Below are positions 8,509 through 17,572 of a DNA stretch of 64,000 nt, in pieces. The first letter of the stretch is position 1. Each line of letters opens with the position of its first letter. The translations under genes and the position numbers were made by a program. The DNA is from Chloroflexota bacterium (lineage in GTDB: Bacteria; Chloroflexota; Dehalococcoidia; Bin125), in NCBI GenBank assembly GCA_026705025.1, contig JAPPBN010000045.1:162166-226165 (forward strand), written 5' to 3'. The notes below the pieces were generated by a model. That model saw only the letters and a program-made list of their open reading frames with translations, was not told the DNA's origin and did no database searches.

Positions 8509-9756
8509 TCATCTTAGCAGCGAGGGATCGGTCTCCACCCGTCGAGGAACACGACCAACCGCTGCGCGAGCGCGCATCTGAGTCAGCGACTCACTACCTG
8601 CCGCGGTTCGTTGTCCGGCGGCCATGACCTGCTGCAGGAGCGGTTCGGCTTCTCCCAAGGGGGGCTCGTCGAATCGCGCGATCAGGTCGTGCTCCGGTAA
8701 TCGCCACACTTGCTTGCGATGACCGATGCCTGGCTTACCCGGAGATCGCTTGGCTACCGGTCGGCCGTCGTACTCGACCATCTTGTAGGCCGAGTCCAAC
8801 GTCGCCGCGTCGGGCGGGGCGACGATGCTGGTGCCGCAGGCGAAGATGTCGATTGGCGCGTTGGCGCTGAGCAGGTCGGCGATCTGGTACTCGTCGAGTC
8901 CGCCGCTGGCGACGATGCGGACATCGGACAAGCCGGCGGTGTCGAGCATGACTCGGGCTTGCCAGGCTTCCGTGCGCAAGTCCCCGGAGTCAATCCGGAT
9001 CGCGCCGACGGAGCCGGGACCGAACCTCCGCGCAGTCCTGACAGCGTTGGCAACTCCTGGCTGCGTGTCGTATGTGTCGACCAGCAGGGTCGTGCCGGGA
9101 TAGCGCGAGACGAACGCGTCGAATGCCTCCGCTTCATCGCCCTCGGCCAGGACGAAGCTGTGCGCCATCGTGCCGGTGATCGGGACTCCGAAGCGCCGGC
9201 CAGCCTCGACCGATGACGTTGCCTCAAAGCCGGCGATGTAGGTCGCACGCGACGCTTCGATCGCCGCTTCCGCGCCATGGGCGCGTCTCCCGCCGAACTC
9301 GATCACCGGGCGTCCTGCAGCGGCATCGACCGCGCGAGCGGCCTTGCTCGCCACCAGCGTCGGGAAGGCGATCTGGTTGATCATCGCCGTTTCGATGATC
9401 TGCGCCTCGGCCAGCGGCGCGATGACCTGGACCAAAGGTTCGTCCGGATAGACAATCGCGCCTTCCGGCGGCGCCCAGACGTCTCCGGTGAAGCGGAGTC
9501 GGCCTAGTTGGTCGATGAAGGCCTGGCTGAACTGTGGCAGCGAGCCAAGGAACTCCAGGTCGTCCTCGGAGAATCTCAATTGTTCGAGGAAGCTGAGCGC
9601 GCGATCGAGACCGGCCGCAATCAGGTAGTCCCACTGCTCCGGCAGTTCGCGCACGGTCAGCTCGAAGACAGCCTCCCTGGTCATGCCGCGCTCGTAGTAG
9701 AGCTGTGCCATGGTCAGCTCGTAGAGATCGACAAACAGCGCTGACGGCGTGTTCAC
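8509..9756 (-). CDS. pncB: Nicotinate phosphoribosyltransferase
   Basis: N-terminal LFVDLYELTMAQ and central GTMAHSF motifs diagnostic of NAPRTase; 415 aa. Confidence 0.9.
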   Translation of the reverse strand: MNTPSALFVDLYELTMAQLYYERGMTREAVFELTVRELPEQWDYLIAAGLDRALSFLEQLRFSEDDLEFLGSLPQFSQAFIDQLGRLRFTGDVWAPPEGAIVYPDEPLVQVIAPLAEAQIIETAMINQIAFPTLVASKAARAVDAAAGRPVIEFGGRRAHGAEAAIEASRATYIAGFEATSSVEAGRRFGVPITGTMAHSFVLAEGDEAEAFDAFVSRYPGTTLLVDTYDTQPGVANAVRTARRFGPGSVGAIRIDSGDLRTEAWQARVMLDTAGLSDVRIVASGGLDEYQIADLLSANAPIDIFACGTSIVAPPDAATLDSAYKMVEYDGRPVAKRSPGKPGIGHRKQVWRLPEHDLIARFDEPPLGEAEPLLQQVMAAGQRTAAGSESLTQMRARAAVGRVPRRVETDPSLLR

Positions 9757-9766
9757 TCTGTGAACG

Positions 9767-10354
9767 CTATTCGATCAACGCGCCGGACTCAGCCATCGTG
9801 GTCAGCGCGGCCTCGCCATCGCCAGGCTGCAGATTGACGGCGGCCATCCCAGCCCGGGGCGCGAGGACTTCGAATCCAAGGCGGCAAGCGTCGAGGACCG
9901 TCTCCTTCACGCAGTAGTCGGTAGCCAATCCAACGACAACGCACCGCTCAATCCCGGCTTCGAGCAGGATTTCCTCTAGTTCGGTCTGCTGTTGCGCGCC
10001 GCTCTGCGGATCGCGGGTCGTGAACCCTGAGTAGCCGTCGTTACCGTCAGCGCCCTTGCGCACCGTGGGGCCGGCGTTGAGAGCCAGGTCAGTGTGAAAC
10101 TCGGCTCCCCAGCTGTCACCGACGCAGTGGACTGGCCAGATGCCGCCGTCCTGCTCAAAGTGCGGCGTGTGCTTGGGATGCCAGTCCTGCGTGTAGACGA
10201 CAAGCGCGCCCGACTGCGAAGCGTCGGAGATTGCGCGGTTCGCGTAGGCAACCACATCGGCCGCGCCGCTCACGTAGAGCGAGCCGTCGGGATGCGCAAA
10301 GTCGTTCTGGATGTCAACGACAATCAGCGCGGTTTGCGAGTCGTAGGCGGGCAC
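9767..10354 (-). CDS. pncA: Nicotinamidase/pyrazinamidase (isochorismatase family)
   Basis: ALIVVDIQNDF...metal-binding HCV...catalytic Cys region ATDYCV typical of PncA. GTG start. Directly upstream of pncB (NAD salvage operon). Confidence 0.85.
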   Translation of the reverse strand: MPAYDSQTALIVVDIQNDFAHPDGSLYVSGAADVVAYANRAISDASQSGALVVYTQDWHPKHTPHFEQDGGIWPVHCVGDSWGAEFHTDLALNAGPTVRKGADGNDGYSGFTTRDPQSGAQQQTELEEILLEAGIERCVVVGLATDYCVKETVLDACRLGFEVLAPRAGMAAVNLQPGDGEAALTTMAESGALIE

Positions 10355-10378
10355 GGAATGGAGTCAGAGGGGAGAGGT

Positions 10379-10452
<74 letters not shown>

Positions 10453-10473
10453 TGGTGCGCAGGTGCGTTGTTG

Positions 10474-10548
10474 TGGAGCGGAAGAAGGGATTCGAACCCT
10501 CGACCTTCTCCTTGGCAAGGAGACGCGCTACCGCTGCGCCACTTCCGC
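10474..10548 (-). tRNA. tRNA-Gly (GCC)
   Basis: GCGGAAGTGGCGCAGCGGTAGCGCGTCTCCTTGCCAAGGAGAAGGTCGAGGGTTCGAATCCCTTCTTCCGCTCCA: anticodon stem TCTCC/GGAGA, loop TTGCCAA, encoded CCA. Confidence 0.88.
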
Positions 10549-10598
10549 TGGTGGGGACATTGTAACCACCGGGCGGCAATCGGTGGTAGTCCGAGTGT

Positions 10599-10686
10599 TG
10601 GTGCCGAGGAGAGGACTCGAACCTCCACGCCCGCAATGGGCACAGCGCCCTCAACGCTGCGTGTCTACCAGTTCCACCACCTCGGC
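10599..10686 (-). tRNA. tRNA-Leu (GAG), long variable arm
   Basis: 88 nt: GCCGAGGTGGTGGAACTGGTAGACACGCAGCGTTGAGGGCGCTGTGCCCATTGCGGGCGTGGAGGTTCGAGTCCTCTCCTCGGCACCA. Anticodon loop TTGAGGG; class II variable arm. Confidence 0.88.
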
Positions 10687-10704
10687 ATGGCTGGTGGGTT
10701 GCTC

Positions 10705-10781
10705 TGGCAGGGGTGGCAGGACTCGAACCCGCGACCTACGGTTTTGGAGACCGTTGCTCTGCCAAACTGAGCTACACCCCT
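10705..10781 (-). tRNA. tRNA-Trp (CCA)
   Basis: AGGGGTGTAGCTCAGTTTGGCAGAGCAACGGTCTCCAAAACCGTAGGTCGCGGGTTCGAGTCCTGCCACCCCTGCCA: anticodon loop CTCCAAA, T-loop TTCGAGT. Confidence 0.85.
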
Positions 10782-10885
10782 CCGTAAACACTGAGCATAG
10801 CAGCTAGTCGAGTCCTCTCGATGCCCGCCTGAAGGAACTGGCGGGCCTATTCTGCAAGCAGACATTGCAGAGGAGGATTCGCATC

Positions 10886-11209
10886 ATGCTGGACCTGAAC
10901 TCCGAGATTGAAGACGGCGTCCTTGTGCTGCACCCGACCGGCAGAATCGATGGCGCGACCGCGAAGGCCTACGAGGAGACTCTGCTTGATCGGATCGCCA
11001 ACGGCCACACGAAGATTGTGATGAACTGCGAGGCTGTGGAATACGTTTCTTCGGCCGGCCTCCGCGTGTTGCTGATGGCCTCACGGCGCGCCGAGAAGCT
11101 GGTTCTCTGTTCCGTGCGCGACACCGTCAACGACGTGTTCAAGTTCTCGGGATTCGCCGAGATCATTCCGATTCATGGCGATCGCGAAGCCGCCATGGAG
11201 GCGTTCTAG
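10886..11209 (+). CDS. STAS-domain anti-sigma-factor antagonist (SpoIIAA-like)
   Basis: 107 aa with the STAS/SpoIIAA pattern ...VLHPTGRIDGATAKAYEE...MNCEAVEYVSSAGLRVLL.... ATG at 10886 preceded by AGGAGG at 9-nt spacing; the track TTG start at 10865 is rejected. Confidence 0.8.
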   Translation: MLDLNSEIEDGVLVLHPTGRIDGATAKAYEETLLDRIANGHTKIVMNCEAVEYVSSAGLRVLLMASRRAEKLVLCSVRDTVNDVFKFSGFAEIIPIHGDREAAMEAF

Positions 11210-11217
11210 GCCATTCG

Positions 11218-11943
11218 TCAATCCGGATCGTCGGACAGCGCTGCCTGGAACCGTTCGGGATAGTCGCCGACGATTCCGGTCACGCCCAGCTCGATGCAGT
11301 GCCTGATATCTGCGCGTTCGTTGACCGTCCAGACGAATGCCGCCATGTCGTGGGTCCGGCAGGCGGCGACATTGCTGGCAGTGAGGCCGGATCCATGCAT
11401 GGAAATGCCGTCGAGCTGATGCTCGGCGGCGATTTGCCAGATGTCGGGCGTCGGCGCGATGCAGAGATGAGCGATGCGCCGGCCGCGCGGTGAGCGGCGG
11501 GACAGCTCGATCACGGTTGCGGAGTCGAAGCTCCAGAGCCAGATCCAGGGCAGCGCGCCGGCGCGATCGATTTCGGCGAGCACAGCATCACAGAGTGCGG
11601 GCACGTCAGCGTGCGGTGAGATCTTGAGTTCCGCAACGAACAGCATCTGTCCGTCGACCAGCTGCAGTGCGTCGCGAAGGGACGGCACCGGTTCGCCTTC
11701 GCCGGCCTCCAGGCGCTGGAGTTCGGCGTAGGTCCTGTCGGCGAGCGGTCCGGTTGCGTTTGTGGTCCGCTGTAGCTCGTCGTCGTGAAACAGCACCGGG
11801 ACGCCGTCTGCGCTGAGCTGTACGTCAACCTCGACTCCATCGCAGCGCATGTCGAGTGCCTGGCGAATGCCCATCAGCGTGTTTTCGGGCGCGTGCCCCA
11901 TCGTGGCTCGGTGTGCGATGACGAGCGGGGTATCGTGAGACAT
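11218..11943 (-). CDS. Glycerophosphodiester phosphodiesterase family protein
   Basis: GDPD signature VIAHRATMGHAPENT and downstream E/D/H residues. ATG at 11943 chosen so the protein starts about 8 aa before the HR motif; the long track N-terminus is rejected. Confidence 0.8.
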   Translation of the reverse strand: MSHDTPLVIAHRATMGHAPENTLMGIRQALDMRCDGVEVDVQLSADGVPVLFHDDELQRTTNATGPLADRTYAELQRLEAGEGEPVPSLRDALQLVDGQMLFVAELKISPHADVPALCDAVLAEIDRAGALPWIWLWSFDSATVIELSRRSPRGRRIAHLCIAPTPDIWQIAAEHQLDGISMHGSGLTASNVAACRTHDMAAFVWTVNERADIRHCIELGVTGIVGDYPERFQAALSDDPD

Positions 11944-11980
11944 CGGCGATCTCGTTTGCGGTTCTTCACTGGGGATAGCG

Positions 11981-12799
11981 ATGCGGAACGAGGATATCGC
12001 CGAGATCTTCAATGCCAGCGGGCGTGATTACGAGTCCTCGGCGAGCGAGCTGATCAATCTGTCCGCTTCGATGCTGGTCGAGCGGTTGCAGCTGTCGGCC
12101 AGCGACGACCTGGTTGACCTGGGCTGTGGCAGCGGCGCGCTGATTTCCCACTCCGAGCAGCGACTGACCAACGGGAGCGCGATCGGAATCGATTTGTCTC
12201 GCGTCCAGTTGGAACTGGCACGTGAGCGGTTCAGGCTGTCGCCGCTGGAACCGCGCTTCATCCAGGAAGACGCCTCGGCCAGCAGCCTGGACAATCGGTC
12301 GGTCGATGCGGTCGGCCTCGGGCTCGTGCTGCCCTACGTCGAGCGACCGCAGCAGTTGTTGAAGGAAGCGACCCGTTTGACGCGGCTCGGAGGTCGCGTC
12401 GCAGCTACCGTGATCGGCGCGCCATTCTTCGGAGCGCCGGGGACCCGATTTCTCGGTCTGCTGGAACGCCGCGGCGTCGCCTGGCCCGAAGTGGAGCTGC
12501 AGTTTGATCCTCGAGAGGCCGTCCGGCTTGCCCTGCTCTGCGACGTTGATGGCCGTCGCCTGGACGACGTCACGATTGAAGAGATCGAGCGGGAGTTCTG
12601 GTGGGACAGTTTCGACGAGTGGTGGCGAATGTTGCGGTTGTTCGGGTTTCTTCCCATTGGCCGTGACCGGGCGCTGGATGGGATCGCGCGAGATCTGCGC
12701 GAGGATGATCGCGTCGTCGATCCTGACGGCAAAGTCCGCTGCGCCGTCAAAATCTGGTTGCTTTCGGCGACTGTGAGTGAAGGAGATCCGTGGGTATGA
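11981..12799 (+). CDS. Class I SAM-dependent methyltransferase
   Basis: Motif I VDLGCGSGAL plus acidic motif II and post-I residues; 272 aa. Confidence 0.75.
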   Translation: MRNEDIAEIFNASGRDYESSASELINLSASMLVERLQLSASDDLVDLGCGSGALISHSEQRLTNGSAIGIDLSRVQLELARERFRLSPLEPRFIQEDASASSLDNRSVDAVGLGLVLPYVERPQQLLKEATRLTRLGGRVAATVIGAPFFGAPGTRFLGLLERRGVAWPEVELQFDPREAVRLALLCDVDGRRLDDVTIEEIEREFWWDSFDEWWRMLRLFGFLPIGRDRALDGIARDLREDDRVVDPDGKVRCAVKIWLLSATVSEGDPWV

Positions 12800-13806
12800 G
12801 TGCAGCCAAACGACGAATCTCCGTGAACCTGCCCTGGAATCCCGACTTCGTCGACACATTTGTCGCCCGAGCGCGACTCGCCGATGAGATCGGCGTCGAC
12901 ACGATCAGCGTGCTTGAGGGCTACGGACACGACGCCTTCACCGGCATGGCGCTCCTGGCTTACGAAACCGAGAAGGTGCGTATCGCGTCGGCGATTGTCA
13001 ACGTCTTCTCTCGTACTCCGGCGACCCTCGCTCAGAGCTTCGGCACGGTGGACCAGCTGTCAGGCGGACGGGTTGTGGTCGGGCTGGGCGCGAGCGCGCC
13101 GGGAGCGATTGAACGCTTCCACGGGGTCAAGTTCGAGCGTCCGTTTGCGCGGATTCAGGAGACGGTCGAGCTGATCCGCCTGTACTGGTCGCGCGAGCGA
13201 TTCAGTTACGAGGGTCCCACAATCCAGGTGGAGCGGGCCCTGGTCAGCGGCATGATTCCGGCCCAGCCGACTGCGCAGATCCATCTGGCAACCCTTAATC
13301 CCACGTCGGTGAAGATGACTGCTGAGATCGCCGACGGCTGGATGCCGACCTGGATTCCCAACGATCGCGTGGGGGAATCTGTTGCCCAGGTCAAGCAGTG
13401 GTCGGTTGAGGCCGGCCGTCCGGCAGACGCCGTGGAAGCACGATCTCCTGGATCGGCAACCGTGTTACTCGACTCCGATCGGCAGGGTGAGATCGACCGA
13501 GGTTTCGCCCAGGGACTGGCGTTTTTCGCCGTCAGAAACGGTCCCGGATACTTCCACCAGTTCGAGCGTCAGGGCTTCGCCGAGGAGGTGGCGGCGATGC
13601 GTGAGGCGTGGCAGTCGGACGGCGTTGGCGCGGCGACCGAGATTGCGATGGAGATTGCGCCGAGGTTCTCGAAGCGGGGATCGCTGGAAGCTTGCGCCGC
13701 GCATCTTGATGAGCAATCGACGCTCGGCGTCGACCTGCACCAGGTGTCGATCGACACAGACGACGATCAGCGCTGGGCGGACGCTCTCGCCGACCTGGTC
13801 GGCTAA
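12796..13806 (+). CDS. LLM-class (luciferase-like) flavin/F420-dependent oxidoreductase
   Basis: TIM-barrel LLM pattern (…VDTISVLEGYGHDAFTGMALLAYETEKVRIASAIVNV…). ATG at 12796 overlaps the upstream stop (ATGA) and is preceded by AGGAG. Confidence 0.8.
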   Translation: MSAAKRRISVNLPWNPDFVDTFVARARLADEIGVDTISVLEGYGHDAFTGMALLAYETEKVRIASAIVNVFSRTPATLAQSFGTVDQLSGGRVVVGLGASAPGAIERFHGVKFERPFARIQETVELIRLYWSRERFSYEGPTIQVERALVSGMIPAQPTAQIHLATLNPTSVKMTAEIADGWMPTWIPNDRVGESVAQVKQWSVEAGRPADAVEARSPGSATVLLDSDRQGEIDRGFAQGLAFFAVRNGPGYFHQFERQGFAEEVAAMREAWQSDGVGAATEIAMEIAPRFSKRGSLEACAAHLDEQSTLGVDLHQVSIDTDDDQRWADALADLVG

Positions 13807-13893
13807 CGCCTTGCCAAAGTTGTCGAGTAACGTTCACTGAGGAAACAACCCCGTCAGATTGAAAGCTCACCAGGAACATCGAAGGGACGACCA

Positions 13894-14424
13894 ATGGCAG
13901 ATACGAATCTGGCCGCTGCGCTGGCGAAGTTTACCGACCGCGTGCTGCGCTGGACGGCGCAGTCGATGGAGGACCTGAGTCAGGACGAGGTCCATTTCCG
14001 CACCTACGACGGACAGAACTGCATCGGGTTCGAGGCCTGGCACATCGCCCGCACCGCCGACAACCTGATCCACTTCGCCTTCGAGCGCGAACAACCGATC
14101 TGGATGTCTAGGAACCTGTTTGAGGAGTGGGGCCTGCCCAAGGTCGACCAGGGCACAGGCACCAGCTTTGACGAAGTATCCAGCTGGGTCTTCCCAGACG
14201 GAGCAACGATCGCCGGCTATCTGAACGATGTCGCCGACGTGATCGTGCCGCGCATCGCCGACATGACGCCCGAGTACCTCGACTCGATCACCCGTATCGT
14301 GCCGCAGGGCGAGCTGCCCAAGTGGGAGATCATCGGCCAGGTGATCATCAACCACTCGAACAACCACCTGGGGCAGATCAACGTGGGCCGCTCCATGCAG
14401 GGCAAAGAGGGACTCGGCTTCTAG
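13894..14424 (+). CDS. DinB/DinB_2 superfamily protein (four-helix-bundle metalloenzyme-like)
   Basis: 176 aa. The region …WHIARTADNLIHF… and C-terminal …NHSNNHLGQINVG… resemble the DinB_2 / mycothiol-dependent isomerase N-terminal-like family. Preceded by GAAGGGA. Confidence 0.7.
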   Translation: MADTNLAAALAKFTDRVLRWTAQSMEDLSQDEVHFRTYDGQNCIGFEAWHIARTADNLIHFAFEREQPIWMSRNLFEEWGLPKVDQGTGTSFDEVSSWVFPDGATIAGYLNDVADVIVPRIADMTPEYLDSITRIVPQGELPKWEIIGQVIINHSNNHLGQINVGRSMQGKEGLGF

Positions 14425-14445
14425 CCGCCACTCGTTGGACCGCTC

Positions 14446-15765
14446 ATGTCCCAGCCCGACGACGGCAATCTGATTCAGCCGATCTCCCTGACTGAGCAGG
14501 TGGCGGCAACTCGTTCCGGCGAACTGTCCTTGCACGATCACATCGCCAGGACGCTCGATCGGCTGGAACAGGTTAATCCGCTGATCCGCGCGATCCTGCC
14601 TGACATACGGATGCGCGAACGGTTGTCCTCTGAAGCGGCAGACATCGTGGACCGCTGGCCCGCGCCATCGTCGCGGCCATCCTTGTTCGGCGCGATGGTG
14701 GCGGTCAAGGACATCTTCAATGTCAGCCGGATGCCGACGCGCGCTGGTTCGGCAGTGCCGCCGGAGTCCTTCAGCGGGCGCGAGGCCGACGTCGTAGCTC
14801 GGCTCAAAGAGGCTGGCGCACTGGTGCTGGGCAAGGCCGTGACCACAGAGTTCGCTTACTTCGCTTCGGGGGCGACGGCCAATCCTCACAACAGGGAACA
14901 CACGCCGGGCGGCTCGAGCAGCGGCTCGGCGGCGGCCGTGGCCGCCGGAATCGCGCCGCTGGCGCTCGGATCGCAGACCGTGGGTTCGGTGATACGCCCG
15001 GCCACATTCTGCGGGGTGGTCGGATTCAAGCCGTCCTACGATCGGATTCCGACGGGCGGCTCGCTGTACTACTCGCCGTCGGTCGACACCATTGGCTACT
15101 TCGTCAGCTCCGTAGCGGACGCATTGTTGGTTGCGCCCGCACTCCTGCTTGGCTGGCGTGCTGGCGAAGACACCGACGCGGGATCTCCGCGCATTGGAAT
15201 CCCGATAGGGGCCTTTCTGGATCAGGCTTCGGGTGAGATGTTGGGGGCGCTTGACGCAGCTCGAGACCGCTTAATCGCCGCCGGCATCAGCGTTGAGCCC
15301 ACTCCCACGCTGCATGACATCGCCGACATCAATGCCCGGCACCGAAATCTGACGACCTACGAGTTCGCCGAGGTGCATCAGGAGCGCTACGCGAGGTACG
15401 GGTCGATGTTCCGCCCGCAGAGCGCTCAGCTGTATGAGGCGGGAGTGCAGATTTCGGCGGATGACGCCGAAGCCGGCAGAGCAAGCCGGATCGCGTTGCG
15501 CCAGCGACTGCACGAGCGGATGGATCGAGCCGGCATCGACGCCTGGCTGGCCCCGTCGGCGGTCGGAGCGGCGCCTCACGGTCTTGGATCGACTGGCGAT
15601 CCGGCCATGAACCTGCCCTGGACCCACGCGGGCATGCCCGTGATTAACCTGCCGTTTGGCGAGGTGGACGGGCTGCCGCTGGGGCTATCTCTCGTTGGGC
15701 GATTCGGACACGACGAAAGACTGCTGGGTCAGGCGTTAACGGTTGAGGCGGCGCTGTCAGCCTGA
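14446..15765 (+). CDS. Amidase (amidase-signature family)
   Basis: AS-family signature GGSSSGSAAAVAAG and the Ser-cisSer-Lys context; 439 aa. Confidence 0.85.
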   Translation: MSQPDDGNLIQPISLTEQVAATRSGELSLHDHIARTLDRLEQVNPLIRAILPDIRMRERLSSEAADIVDRWPAPSSRPSLFGAMVAVKDIFNVSRMPTRAGSAVPPESFSGREADVVARLKEAGALVLGKAVTTEFAYFASGATANPHNREHTPGGSSSGSAAAVAAGIAPLALGSQTVGSVIRPATFCGVVGFKPSYDRIPTGGSLYYSPSVDTIGYFVSSVADALLVAPALLLGWRAGEDTDAGSPRIGIPIGAFLDQASGEMLGALDAARDRLIAAGISVEPTPTLHDIADINARHRNLTTYEFAEVHQERYARYGSMFRPQSAQLYEAGVQISADDAEAGRASRIALRQRLHERMDRAGIDAWLAPSAVGAAPHGLGSTGDPAMNLPWTHAGMPVINLPFGEVDGLPLGLSLVGRFGHDERLLGQALTVEAALSA

Positions 15766-15775
15766 ACCGGGCAGG

Positions 15776-17044
15776 TCAGGAAGTGGCCGTGGGCTGAGTT
15801 TCGGTCGGGTCCGAGTCGGCGCCCTGTGATGGTCGGTTGCGGAATGTGAGCCAGAAGCTGAGCGCTGCCACGAGGAGCAACACGGCTGCTCCGCCGTAGA
15901 GTCCCTGCAGCGCGGCCAGGCTGGCGAACGACAGCCCAATCAGGGGCCCGAGGGCGCTGCCCAGGTCGAGGAATGTGGCGTAGGCGCTGAGCACGGCATT
16001 GCGACGGTCGGGCGGGGCGAGGTCGCCGGCGGTCGCGTGTAGGGTCACGGTGAGCGCGGTGGAGGCGACGAAGGCGGAGAGGACGGAGAGCAGCATCAAC
16101 CAGATCGAGTCGGTGGCTGCCAGGACGATCAGCCCGGCCGCGCCGGTCGCAAACCCGCCACTGATGACCAGGACCCGGCCGAAGCGATCGGAGAGGTAGC
16201 CAAACAGCGGTGAGAGCGGCAACCACTGCGAGCCGAGCAGGATGCCAGTGGCGGTGGTGACGCCGAGGGCGACCCCGAGGACGGCGATCTGTTGGCCGAA
16301 GTGCGCGCTCAGGTAGAAGCCGAGGGAGGCGGTGACGAGGCCGGAGAAGACGAGGCCGGTGACCAGGATGGCCCCGCAGGTGACCAGCAAGCGCCGGTCT
16401 GCGAGCACGACGCGGAGGTCAGCGCGTTCTGCGCTTCCCGGCACCGCCTGTTCGGGCAGCGCCATACGCCGACTGGTCAGCACCCAGGTTGCGGCCGTCA
16501 CCGCCATGACGGCGGCAAAGAGGGTCAGGGTCAACCGGTGTCCGAACAGATCGGTGAGGGCGGCGCCGAGCAGCACACCGCCGACCGAGCCCATCCGCAC
16601 GATCGCGGAGTAGGAGCCCATCAGCAGCCCGCGGTTGTGGTCGCCGGCCGCTGTCAGCACCGTCCAAAAGCCGCCGAGGCGGAGGGTAGACCAGCAGAAT
16701 CCCCAGCCCATTCTCGCCGCCAGGAGCAGCGCGAAGGCGGTGGACCAGCCGTAGCAGAGCGTGACCACGACGGACAGCACCAGGGCCGCGATGAACGGTC
16801 CGCGCTGGCCTAATCGCTGGAAGATCACCGCCGCTACCGAGTTGGTGACGAGCCGTACGAGTCGGTTGGCGGAGAGCAGGATGCCGACCGCCGGCAGCGA
16901 GAGCGCCCAGGCCTCGGGCTGCGAGGGCATCACGGCGTAGAGCATGGAGTCGCCGAGCAGCGTCGATGCAACCGCCAGCGCGACCGCGATCACCGGGAGC
17001 GGCACGCCGCGCACGGCTCGCTTCTCGCCGGCGAGGTCGCTCAT
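15776..17044 (-). CDS. MFS transporter
   Basis: 422 aa with about 12 hydrophobic helices; ATG start. Confidence 0.8.
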   Translation of the reverse strand: MSDLAGEKRAVRGVPLPVIAVALAVASTLLGDSMLYAVMPSQPEAWALSLPAVGILLSANRLVRLVTNSVAAVIFQRLGQRGPFIAALVLSVVVTLCYGWSTAFALLLAARMGWGFCWSTLRLGGFWTVLTAAGDHNRGLLMGSYSAIVRMGSVGGVLLGAALTDLFGHRLTLTLFAAVMAVTAATWVLTSRRMALPEQAVPGSAERADLRVVLADRRLLVTCGAILVTGLVFSGLVTASLGFYLSAHFGQQIAVLGVALGVTTATGILLGSQWLPLSPLFGYLSDRFGRVLVISGGFATGAAGLIVLAATDSIWLMLLSVLSAFVASTALTVTLHATAGDLAPPDRRNAVLSAYATFLDLGSALGPLIGLSFASLAALQGLYGGAAVLLLVAALSFWLTFRNRPSQGADSDPTETQPTATS

Positions 17045-17097
17045 CGCCGCAACGTATCAGCCACTGGCGCCATGAGCGGACCGATGCCACGGTCGCT

Positions 17098-17172
17098 TGG
17101 TCCCCCCGGAAGGATTCGAACCTCCGCGCGCGGTTTAGGAAACCGGTGCTCTATCCCCTGAGCTACGGGGGG
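17098..17172 (-). tRNA. tRNA-Arg (CCT), C1-G72 acceptor
   Basis: CCCCCCGTAGCTCAGGGGATAGAGCACCGGTTTCCTAAACCGCGCGCGGAGGTTCGAATCCTTCCGGGGGGACCA: D-arm GCTC/GAGC, anticodon loop TTCCTAA, T-loop TTCGAAT. One mismatch in the anticodon stem, hence lower confidence. Confidence 0.72.
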
Positions 17173-17265
17173 TGATTCTGAGTGTATGGCGAGTGGATCG
17201 TTGACCGACGTCCTGTGTTTCCTATTCTGGACACATAGTTCCTCGCGAGTCTCGGAGTCAGTTTC

Positions 17266-17517
17266 ATGCCGCTGTACGAGTATTACTGCCGCCCTTGCAA
17301 TGAGAAGTTCACCAAGCTGCGACCGATGAGCGCCGCGGCGGAGCCCTATGAGTGCCATTGCGGTCATATCGCGCAAAAAGTGCTGACGACAGCGATGGTG
17401 ACGGTTGCCAGGCAGTTCTCGGATGTGGAGGCGGCGGAAGCGATGCCGACGGGCGGCGGTTGCGCCTGTGGCCGCGGCTCCTGTGGCTGCGGCGGCGGCG
17501 CGGGCGCACTGAACTAA
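17266..17517 (+). CDS. FmdB-family zinc-ribbon putative regulatory protein with Gly/Cys-rich C-terminal tail
   Basis: N-terminal MPLYEYYCRPCNEKF...CHCG zinc ribbon typical of the FmdB family. C-terminal …GGGCACGRGSCGCGGGAG. GGAG-containing leader upstream. Confidence 0.8.
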   Translation: MPLYEYYCRPCNEKFTKLRPMSAAAEPYECHCGHIAQKVLTTAMVTVARQFSDVEAAEAMPTGGGCACGRGSCGCGGGAGALN

Positions 17518-17572
17518 CAGCGAATCGCCCCGACGTATTCGATCCTGTCCCCATGTTGTAGTGGTTGGCCAA

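Noticed and set aside
13867-14901. 344-aa minus-strand ORF overlapping the DinB and amidase genes
   Set aside because: Antisense to two well-supported genes; low-complexity, Arg-rich, no start-site support.
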